The notes under the pieces: generated by a model
Databases searched by the model: none
What the model was told of the DNA's origin: nothing
What the model saw: the letters and a program-made list of their open reading frames with translations, nothing else
Part shown: piece after piece, positions 25,575-34,432 of the stretch
Layout of the letters: each line of letters starts with the position of its first letter
How positions within the stretch are numbered: the stretch's first letter is position 1
Source of the DNA: Nemertoderma westbladi
Taxonomy: Eukaryota; Animalia; Xenacoelomorpha
Direction of reading: 5' to 3'
Assembly (NCBI GenBank): GCA_032718475.1
Contig: JAUCBJ010008325.1
Coordinates: 1 to 64,000, forward strand
Length of the DNA stretch: 64,000 nucleotides
Made by a program: the position numbers and the translations under genes

Positions 25575-25683
25575 ATTATTTTTATTTTATTTTATTTTTA
25601 TTTGTGTGGGAAGGGCGTCTCGCCCTCAATCCCACCCCCCTCAGTCCAAAACTTGGACGACTAAACTCCACTCTAACTCCAAT

Positions 25684-26610
25684 TTAAGGTGCCCCTTCTA
25701 GAAGACAGCATTTACCTACCGCTCTCCTGTAGGTTTTTCTGTCCTTCGCACCTATCTTTCCACCTATCCGCACTTCTACCGATCGGACTCTTCCGTCCTC
25801 GTCGGAGTAGGTGCCTACAACTCTCGCCAACCGCCACTGGTTGTTGATGATAGTATCATCCGTAACGATTACGAGATCTCCTACTTTTAACTCCCGATTC
25901 GGTTTCCTCCACTTGCTTCGCTTATGGAGCGTGGGTAGGTATTCTTCTACCCACCTCCTCCAATACTCTGCGCTTATTGCTTTAGCGACTTTCCAACTCT
26001 GGCGGGAATGTATATCATCTGGGTCTACACCCCGCATATCGATGGTCGCTGGCCTTTCCATCAGAAAATGGCTAGGCGTCAACGCGTCTAATGACTCAGG
26101 GTCATCATTCTCCGGGTATAGCGGTCTGCTATTAATGATCCCCTCGCACTTCGCAAGTACTGTCCGTAAAACGTCCTCAGTGACCATGTGGGTGTTCATT
26201 AACTTCGTCATTAGACGCTTTGAACTGCCCACCAGTCTCTCGACGCATCCTAGTGTATGTGGTGCATACGGCGTCCTTCTCTCCCACTTTACTTGTCGTC
26301 TCCTCATGGCTGCCCTGACTTCTTCTCCCTCCAAGATGTCCAAGGCCTCTGCCATCTCATTCTCTGCGCCCACAAAGTTGGTGCCGTTGTCGCTGTATAT
26401 CACTGCGATCGTCCCACCTTTGCGGTCCCTAAACCTTTCTAAGGCGTTAATGAATGCTGATGCGGTTGCATCTTGGGCGAGTTCTATCCCTACCGCCCGC
26501 GTATTGTTGCATACGAAGATAATACCGTAGCGTTTCTCCGTGTGTCGCATCACCTTGATCTTTATCGGCCCGAACATGTCCACACCGCAATGCGTAAATG
26601 GCGGGTCGTG
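25684..26610 (-). CDS. BEL/Pao integrase core and C-terminal domain
   Basis: PPFTHCGVDMFGP, YSDNGTNFVGA, VERLV, INSRPL, ALTPSHFL, WRRWVEEYLPTL, GDLV, WRLARV. Same frame as 26611-31785, separated by a single TAG. Confidence 0.95.
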   Translation of the reverse strand, partial: HDPPFTHCGVDMFGPIKIKVMRHTEKRYGIIFVCNNTRAVGIELAQDATASAFINALERFRDRKGGTIAVIYSDNGTNFVGAENEMAEALDILEGEEVRAAMRRRQVKWERRTPYAPHTLGCVERLVGSSKRLMTKLMNTHMVTEDVLRTVLAKCEGIINSRPLYPENDDPESLDALTPSHFLMERPATIDMRGVDPDDIHSRQSWKVAKAISAEYWRRWVEEYLPTLHKRSKWRKPNRELKVGDLVIVTDDTIINNQWRLARVVGTYSDEDGRVRSVEVRIGGKIGAKDRKTYRRAVGKCCLLEGAP

Positions 26611-29600
26611 CTATCTTACCCTACTCGCCGGTAGTGGCGCCATCTCCTGTACGGCTCGTTCCTTCTTCGCTCGTCGGCAGGTCTGGCACTGCCCCACTAC
26701 CGTTTTAACCTTCTTCCTTAGTTGTTTGACCCAATAGGTCCTCCTTATCTCTGTGAGGGTTCGGTTGGTGCCCCCATGCAATATCGATTTGTGGGAGTCC
26801 CATATGATCTGGTGGACTATAGGCAATCCTGTGGGAATGATGATGGGTTTCGGTGGCACGACTATGCTGTTGTTATATCCCACCCTAGAATTCATTACTA
26901 GAATCCCATCGTCGTTGAGTTGCGGCGACAGTGTAATCAACTCGCTGTCCCGTCGGAGGTGCTGTTGGTTGCCGACACGTTCCACCTCGTCGCCGTAGTT
27001 CTTTCGTTGTTCATAGCGGATTATTGCCTTGGCCGCTCCTTCCAGATCTATGGTTTCCCTGGTTTTCTTCTCCTTATTAACTCCCGCGAGGAAATTCCCG
27101 AAAGCTCTCCAGTACGCCACTAATTTCTTGGTCTTGTACCAACTAGAACTGTAGCTGAGGAGTTTGTCCGTCGGGTTATCGCGTAGTTCTTGCTTTGGTT
27201 GCACGTCCCTAATCTCCCTCACCATCTGGGAGTATATCTCTTCTCCCTCTGAGTCTCCCTCTTCTCCCTCTGATATTGGTTCCGAGCCCGGGTCCACCTT
27301 CCTCATCGGCGGCCAGGCCTCCCTATCACTTAGAAATTGTGGCCCATGTTGCCACAATACTTCCTTCTTTAAGAAAGTGTGGCGTTCCACGCCCCTCGAC
27401 AGCAAGTCCGCTGGGTTCTCGTCTGTTGGGCAGTAGTGCCACCTTTCCAGTTCTGTGCTCGCCCTTATTTCGTCCACTCTATTCGCGACGAATATCGGGT
27501 ATCTCGTCTTTTCGTTGTGTAGCCAACCAAGCACTACCATGGAGTCCGTCCAGTAGTGTGTCTCCACTATGTTGGGAATTGTATCCACTAGGTAGGCTGT
27601 GGCTCTAACTCCTAGTCTCGCAGCTGTCAATTCTAACTTGGGAACAGATGCTGAATCTGGCGGCGTTGACTTAGCTTTGCTAAAGGCTAGTCTGGGCTTG
27701 TGAGCCCCCTCTCGTTGTACTAAATAGAGTGCCGCTCCGTATGCCTCTAACGACGCGTCGGAGAACATATGTAGGTCCAGATTCGTCATGTTCCCGTCCG
27801 GAAAATACACTCGCGGCATGTTGTATGTTCCCATCCTCTCCAAGTCTCCTGTCCATTTGCTCCACTGTTTCTTGATGTCCTCTGGTACCTCTACGTCCCA
27901 CTCATCCTTCAATTTATATACTCTCTTGAGTATCTGTTTCCCCGTGACTAGTAATGGGGATGCTAGGCCTAGGGGATCGTATATCCTTGCTATATACGAT
28001 ACATAACCCCTCTTCGTATGGGTGTCTGCGCCCTCTTGGCTCAGCTGATACTTCAGTTCGTCTGTTCCTCTATCCCACACGATTCCCAATGCCTTTTGCT
28101 GCGATTGTGTTCTCTTATTCGCCATGTCCTGTCCTTTGGCTGTTGTAGGGTTGTCCATGGTCGATTCCGGTTTCTTGTCCTCTATTGCCTTGATAAATTC
28201 TTCTGAACTGGATTGGAATTTGGTCAGGTTGAAGCCGGATCCTTTCAGGATGTCGCGAACCTCGCGCCCTGTTTCCAGTATCTCCTCAACCGTATTTCCA
28301 GACTCCATACCGTCGTCTACGTAGAAGCCGCGTCGGATCATATCGACGGCCCTACTGCTGTATCTATCTTCCTTGCCCTTTACCGTGTCTCTCACTGCCA
28401 TAGTCGTCGTAAATGAGGACGACTTGGCCCCCATGTTTTGTACTACCATCTTATACGCTGGTATTACCGGCGGTTCTTCTTCGCCGTTATACCATAAGAA
28501 GCGTTGACTGTCACTATCTTCTTCCGTTACACGGACCTGGTTGAACATGCCTTCTATGTCACACGTGAAGGCGTGTTTCCCATTTCGAAATCTAAGTAAC
28601 ACCTCTATGCCCGAATTGTAAATATTTGGGCCTTCCAACAGGTAATCGTTTAAGCATTTTCCGTCGGTCTTTGCCGATGCATCGACTACCATCCTAAGTT
28701 TACCTTTCTTTGGGTCTAATGCTACGTGGAGTGGCAGGTAGTATGTCCTGTCCGTGTTCGGCTCGTCGACCGGTAACTCCACGGCCCATCCCTTCTCGAC
28801 GTACTTCTTAATTGTTTTGTGAATGTACTCGTTCTTCTCGGGGCTCCGTTTTAGTGTTTGTTTCAGCTTACGAAGTCTCGTGAGTACCATCCCTCTATTA
28901 TCGGGTAGCGGTATCTTCGGTAGTTTCCATACCATTCCTATTGTATACCGCCCCTCATCACACGTCATCGATTCCTCCACGCTTTGTAGAGCCTGGTTGT
29001 CTTCTACCGAGGTCCTGACCCCGGTCTCTTTCAGTCCCTCAAAGTCTTGTCTGAGCAGTCTTTTAAGCTGCTCCTCTGCTCCCTCATCACCCATTTCCTG
29101 CATTGTTCCCACGAACATGCATCCTGATGTCTCCGACATCCTGAATGGTATCTTGCTCTTAATTGGACCACTCAGCGTCCACCCGAATGGTGTTAATATA
29201 GCCACCGGGTCGCTCTGCTTGTCTTCGCCGAAGACCGTTTGCATTCTTTCGTGGGCCGTCGGGCAGTCCATTCCCACTATGATGGATACCTTCCTAACGT
29301 CCACGTCTGGGATCGAGAAGTCAATGTTGTCCAGGAATTTGTATTGCTCGATCTCGATGTTGGTTGGCCGCCTGGCATTGATGTTAATTGACTCTATTAC
29401 TTGGATGGGGTCGATGGTTGCCCCATAATCGCATCCTGGTGCCACTGCTGCAATTGCGCACCATCCTGTCCTCATCTCTAGGATCTCATCTTTGCTAGAG
29501 ATGGTTGTTACCGCCATCCTGCTTGGCCTTGTTCTCAATCCTATTTCTTCGGCTACCCATTCCTCGACTAATGTGAAGGCAGCTCCACTATCAACCAGCA

Positions 29601-31785
29601 TTAGTGTTGTTACTGATCGATTGCCTTCCCCGATCACTCGCACCGGTACTACTCCAAGTAACACCGTGCCTCTCTTCTTCGCCCCTACCGTGCTCGTGCT
29701 CGTTGCCATCGTTTGGCCTCTCCTTTGGCCAAACTTGACCGGCTTCTCTTGGCATTCCCTGGCCTTGTGTCCACTCTTCACACATCGCGAGCAGATTTTA
29801 TTGCTCGACGCGTAATCTATCTGGTCTTGCCTCGGTAGCGCCTGCCAGTACCTGCAGTTCATGGTTTTATGAAGCGCATTTGCGTGTAGCTGGCATTTGC
29901 TCTTTGGGTCGTAGCCCTCTTTATACAATGCATTGCGTATCGCAGTTATATTCGTACCAAAGTCCCTACTATTCTTGTTGACTGGATTTGGCCTACTGGA
30001 CGTACTGGGGTTATGTTTATTCATGTTGTTATTGTTCCCCTGTCCGTTCCATGATGTAGTCTTGTCTTCGTTTGCCTGTGGACTTGCTGTCCCCTGGGTC
30101 GCTGCGTATGGCAATGATTGCCTGAGTCTCGGCAATGCGTTTGATGTATTGTGCTCTGGTTTCGGCCTGTAGTGATCTGTCTTTGGTCCCTTTCCCAGGC
30201 TATCTTCACTATAGACTGGGTCCGTTATTAGTTCAGCCTCGTAATTTAAGAAGTTTGACATTTCTTCTAAACCCGGTTCCGCACCCTTCTTGTCTCGAGT
30301 GGAGAAAGCGATCTTCCTCCACTTGTTGCGCAGCCAGTTCGGTAGTGCCTGCGCTATCGTGGTGATGTTGTTGGACGCATTGAGCTCGTATGGCGCGTCT
30401 AGCGTCTTCAACACGATTAGCGCCTTTTCGACTTTGTTAGCAAACGTCTTGATGCTAACGGGGTTATCCTGTAGGCCACCCGATGTTATGCCTCTCAGCG
30501 TCTGCCTGATGATCTTGGCCGGGTGCCCGTATTCCCTATCCAGTGCCCGCCATGCTGTCGTGAAGCCGCCCTCTATTCCCTGATATTGCCTCACGATGTC
30601 GTATGCTGGGCCTCCCGTGTACACTTGTAGATACTTTAGGCACTCCGCCTGCGTCAAGTTTTTTGTTAGTATTTCGTTACTATACATTCGCCGAAACTGT
30701 AAATATTCTTCCGGCCTACTCCCGTCGAACTTGAATGGTTCCACGGGTGGTAACTCGATCCTCGTTTTCAAAGCATCGATCAATGTGGCCATCCCTATCG
30801 CCTGCGCTTCCAATGGATTCGACGGGTGCTGTATAGTTTCCCCTGTTTGGTGCGTTCCGTCTGTCCTACTTCTTGACCTTCTCTGGCTTGGGTATGTCAT
30901 TGGGGGTAGCGGCCCCCTCCATATATCTGTGTCACGCGATCTGTTTTCGTCCAGGGGTCTCGTTGTTCTTGCTACCATCGGGGTATATTGTTGATATTGT
31001 GATGGGGGAATGTCACCCTGCCCCCCCCCCCCCACCGGTATGTTTGGTAATGGGGTTGATGTTAATATGTTGGGGCCCATGCACCTATCCGCAATAATTC
31101 CCCCCTCCCCTGGGTATATGTTATGTCCCTGCATGCTGTAGTCATACTGCTGTGCTGGTACCGGTATAGGCCTATCAGCTTCTGGCCTACCCGCCGGTAT
31201 GTACTCCGCGACTTCCGGGTTTAATCCCGTCGTTCGCGCTACCCCATCGCCTACTCTATCTCTCCCAGCATGGCCTACGGTATGTGCAGTAAGACCTACA
31301 GTATGCCCTACAGTCTGCATGTGTTGCTCGGGATCGAAGTTTATTCTTCTCGAATAATCCTCCCCGCGGCTACCGTATTCTCGACCGGTAGGTATATTCC
31401 GTCGGAAAGTTTCTCTTCGACCCCCCTCTCTACTGTTTTCATCTTCGTAGTGGTACATCGTGTACCCCTCTCTCGGCGTGTAATGCGTCTCACCGGATCG
31501 CATCCCTCCGGGGCGACGGCAATCTCCCGGAGTCCGACCCCACTGACTCTCCGTTCTCATCTGGACTACCGACGGCTCGCTGTCCGTCCTCGCTCTTCTA
31601 TCGTTTGCGGCGATACTTCTACTACTGTCTTCCTTTCTTCTCCTATCAGTGGAATATTCCCGCTCGCGAGATCTCTCGTCGACCTCCCGGTTAAACCCCA
31701 CTGTTCTTCTTCCCTCCTCTGATCGGGCCCGACGCTTCGTCCGCCCTCTCGCGACGTCAACCTGTCTCTCTCTGCTCGATCGCAC
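26611..31785 (-). CDS. BEL/Pao Gag-Pol: capsid-like Gag, Cys/His motifs, aspartic protease, RT, RNase H, integrase HHCC
   Basis: KFDGSRPEEYLQF, CSRCVKSGHKAREC, MLVDSGA, RMVVDAS, CDIEGMFNQV, FYVDD, LHMFSDAS, WTDS, FVANRV, NPADLLSRG, H..ILHGG..CQTC. Confidence 0.96.
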   Translation of the reverse strand: MRSSRERQVDVARGRTKRRARSEEGRRTVGFNREVDERSREREYSTDRRRKEDSSRSIAANDRRARTDSEPSVVQMRTESQWGRTPGDCRRPGGMRSGETHYTPREGYTMYHYEDENSREGGRRETFRRNIPTGREYGSRGEDYSRRINFDPEQHMQTVGHTVGLTAHTVGHAGRDRVGDGVARTTGLNPEVAEYIPAGRPEADRPIPVPAQQYDYSMQGHNIYPGEGGIIADRCMGPNILTSTPLPNIPVGGGGQGDIPPSQYQQYTPMVARTTRPLDENRSRDTDIWRGPLPPMTYPSQRRSRSRTDGTHQTGETIQHPSNPLEAQAIGMATLIDALKTRIELPPVEPFKFDGSRPEEYLQFRRMYSNEILTKNLTQAECLKYLQVYTGGPAYDIVRQYQGIEGGFTTAWRALDREYGHPAKIIRQTLRGITSGGLQDNPVSIKTFANKVEKALIVLKTLDAPYELNASNNITTIAQALPNWLRNKWRKIAFSTRDKKGAEPGLEEMSNFLNYEAELITDPVYSEDSLGKGPKTDHYRPKPEHNTSNALPRLRQSLPYAATQGTASPQANEDKTTSWNGQGNNNNMNKHNPSTSSRPNPVNKNSRDFGTNITAIRNALYKEGYDPKSKCQLHANALHKTMNCRYWQALPRQDQIDYASSNKICSRCVKSGHKARECQEKPVKFGQRRGQTMATSTSTVGAKKRGTVLLGVVPVRVIGEGNRSVTTLMLVDSGAAFTLVEEWVAEEIGLRTRPSRMAVTTISSKDEILEMRTGWCAIAAVAPGCDYGATIDPIQVIESININARRPTNIEIEQYKFLDNIDFSIPDVDVRKVSIIVGMDCPTAHERMQTVFGEDKQSDPVAILTPFGWTLSGPIKSKIPFRMSETSGCMFVGTMQEMGDEGAEEQLKRLLRQDFEGLKETGVRTSVEDNQALQSVEESMTCDEGRYTIGMVWKLPKIPLPDNRGMVLTRLRKLKQTLKRSPEKNEYIHKTIKKYVEKGWAVELPVDEPNTDRTYYLPLHVALDPKKGKLRMVVDASAKTDGKCLNDYLLEGPNIYNSGIEVLLRFRNGKHAFTCDIEGMFNQVRVTEEDSDSQRFLWYNGEEEPPVIPAYKMVVQNMGAKSSSFTTTMAVRDTVKGKEDRYSSRAVDMIRRGFYVDDGMESGNTVEEILETGREVRDILKGSGFNLTKFQSSSEEFIKAIEDKKPESTMDNPTTAKGQDMANKRTQSQQKALGIVWDRGTDELKYQLSQEGADTHTKRGYVSYIARIYDPLGLASPLLVTGKQILKRVYKLKDEWDVEVPEDIKKQWSKWTGDLERMGTYNMPRVYFPDGNMTNLDLHMFSDASLEAYGAALYLVQREGAHKPRLAFSKAKSTPPDSASVPKLELTAARLGVRATAYLVDTIPNIVETHYWTDSMVVLGWLHNEKTRYPIFVANRVDEIRASTELERWHYCPTDENPADLLSRGVERHTFLKKEVLWQHGPQFLSDREAWPPMRKVDPGSEPISEGEEGDSEGEEIYSQMVREIRDVQPKQELRDNPTDKLLSYSSSWYKTKKLVAYWRAFGNFLAGVNKEKKTRETIDLEGAAKAIIRYEQRKNYGDEVERVGNQQHLRRDSELITLSPQLNDDGILVMNSRVGYNNSIVVPPKPIIIPTGLPIVHQIIWDSHKSILHGGTNRTLTEIRRTYWVKQLRKKVKTVVGQCQTCRRAKKERAVQEMAPLPASRVR

Positions 31786-34235
31786 GCCGCTGGGGATACT
31801 CGCGATCCCCCTATTACTTTCCGTCGCCGGTCGTTGCGGTTTACCTATTTCGGCCCTCGCATTATCCGCTGACGGCTGTGGGAGACTCCCTGCCCCCCCC
31901 CTCTCGCCGCTAACTCCCTGTTGTGGGGTCCTCGTAGCCCCCCCCCACTCGCTACGTCTAACTTAGCTACCTCTCTCCCCGCTATTATATACCTCTCTAG
32001 TCGACACATCAACCCTACTGCGGTCGGGTCCATTCACCCCCGCCTCTCCCTCTGCTATTGCGTGGCCTACCAGGCCCTCTACTCCCTCCCTACCAACTAC
32101 GTGGCCTACCAGGCCCTCTGCTCCCTGTCTACTAACTACGTGGCCTACCAGGCCCTCTGCTCCCTGTCTACTAACTACGTGGCCTACCAGGCCCTCTGCT
32201 CCCTGTCTACTAACTACGTGGCCTACCAGGCCCTCTGTTTCCTGGTTATGCAGGCCCGACGCGTTTACATTAATAGCACCCATATTGGAAACGGAATTAT
32301 TTTGTTCGTTTGGAACAAAGTTATTTATATTATTCTGCACGACTACGTTATCTGAATTATTTTGTAAATTCGGGCATAGGTCATTATTTAAATTATTCGA
32401 ATTATTTTGCGTAATTGCGTTATTTAAATTATTTTGTAGATTCGAATTTGGGTTATTATTTTGATTATTTGAATTATTTTGCGTAGCTACATTAATATCA
32501 GAATTATTTCCTACATTAATACTAGGGGCGTTCTGATTTAAATTTAAATTACTACCACTATGTAAAGCATTCCCTGTAATAAAGGTTAGATTAGTGTTGT
32601 CCCATACGGTATTATCAATATTAACAACGTCTACTGTACCATTATTATTATTACCCCCCCCCCGCCCGTACGGTCGCACCAGTCTTGAGTCTGTCGTGCG
32701 GTCCCTGTCAGTGGGGTATTAATAAATGTATCTACGGCCCTCGGCTCCCTAAAAATACTCGAGCCGGCCCCGCTTTCAGACGGCGACGCTCGCACCAGTT
32801 GCAGCTCGTGCGCCCGTCTAATCTTATCTCCCGCAAGCACATTCTGGCGTTTCCTTATTTCTTCCTGCTCTCGTTCAGCCTCTGCCTTTCTCTTCTCACA
32901 CTCCTGGGTGTCCCGGGCGGCCGACTCCGGTACACTCCTAATACTCTCCCTTCGTCTCGCCTCTCGCTCCTGACGTTCCTTTTCCTCCCTTGCCTCACGC
33001 TCCTTACGTTCCGCCTCACGCTCCTTGCGTTCCCTTTCCTCCCTTGCCTCACGCTCCTTGCGTTCCCTTTCACGCTCCTTGCGTTCCCTTTCACGCTCCT
33101 TGCGTTCCCTTTCCTCCCTTGCCTCACGCTCCCTACACTCCCTTTCCTCTATCTCATCATACTCCCTTAGGCTTTTCAAAGCCCTTTCGGCCCTCTCTCC
33201 GGTTTCTTTAAGCAATGCCGTTTCCCTCTCTAACCGCACTCTCCCTTCCTCTAGCCGTTCCTTCATTTCTCTATGACCTTGCTCTGCCATGCTGAGACGG
33301 TATGCGGCACCTATTTCTCTCACCGCTCTTTCTTTCGCGGAGGATGTAACAGACTTATCGGTTACGACGGATTTCCCCCGCCTTCCCGACCTACTGACTT
33401 TCCCCCGCTTCCCGGAGCTTTCTCCGACCGACGAGGCCGAATCCTCGGGGTTAACCTCGGATTCGCCCCCTTCGAGTCCCCTCCAACCTACTGGTTTTAC
33501 TCCCCGGGCATCGACCAAGTATGGCCCTATGTACACTGACGCTACGCTAGGTTCCATACTCCCACATTCCCACAGTTCAAACAGTTCCCCGGCAATCTCA
33601 TGTGCTCTCGTTTCGGCTAGTTCTCTCTGCCCAAAACGTATTAGATAATTAAAGTGTCTATCCGACTCACCTAGTCGCTTTCTCAGTCTCACCTCGTCTA
33701 CCTTCGCCCCTTCCTTCTTGGCATCCTTTAGCATCCTCCGGGCCGCGATGTAGGCTCGTCGAAGTCGCTCTGAAACCCCGACGTCCTCGTCGCCGACCTC
33801 TCCTCCGTCCCTCCGGGTTCGACGTCGTACCGGCGGCTCCACCGTCGCCGTTCCGGTGGGCCGTCCGTCGCCCTCGGCCTGTAGCTGGCCGGCGACATCG
33901 GTACCGATCTCTCCTCCGTCTCTTCGCGTCCGGCGTCGCACCGTTGGCCCCACCGTCGCCGTTTCGGTGGGCCGCTCGTCGCCCTCGGCCGGTAGCTGGC
34001 CGGCGACATCGGCGCGCCGTTCTCCGTCTCGTGTCGACTCGTCTCCATCTCCCTCCATCTCGCTCCCTTCCTCTCTTGGCTCGACTTCGGGTTCCAGACT
34101 CTCCTCGTTCTGGACTTCCGGTTCGCCCGTTATCGATGGCTCCGGCGTGGTGGGCCTGTATCGCTTGGTCGCGGCCTCGCGGATCGTTTGATCTTCGTCC
34201 GGGGTCCGCGGCGGTGTCTCGCCCGATTCACTCAT
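31786..34235 (-). CDS. Extended Gag N-terminus of element 1 (acidic region, E/R coiled coil, N-rich segment, 13-aa repeats), disrupted
   Basis: ATG at 34235, 80 nt after the 5' LTR. Frameshift in the G-run at ~32654-32663 and a TAA at 31963, then in frame with the 1724-aa ORF. Confidence 0.8.
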
Positions 34236-34315
34236 CTCGTCTGGTCGGTGGAGTTCGGCTAGCTAGCAGTGTAGTTCTTAGAGTTTAACTGGGGCGGCAG
34301 CTCGGATTTAGTTAC

Positions 34316-34432
34316 TGTGACGGGATCCAGGAGGGATCCCGATTTATCCGATGTGGTAATTTAGTCCACGCGTCCCCGCCGTGTATAAGGGTGAAATAAA
34401 GTAACTGAGTTCTGAAGTTCGGTGTATAATAA
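34316..34432 (-). repeat. Truncated 5' LTR (3'-terminal 117 bp only) of element 1
   Basis: Identical to 19176-19292 and joined directly to the protease region of element 2. Confidence 0.9.

Larger units (their letters stand above)
19176..34432 (-). mobile_element. BEL/Pao LTR retrotransposon with an extra 3' ORF (element 1)
   Basis: gag-PR-RT-RNaseH-IN order with BEL/Pao motifs, full 3' LTR with PPT, and an identical 117-bp remnant of the 5' LTR. Confidence 0.93.

Noticed and set aside
19176-34432. DIRS/Ngaro-type split repeats to explain the short right-hand repeat
   Set aside because: The element has a DDE integrase, protease and PPT and no tyrosine recombinase. The short repeat is a truncated LTR.
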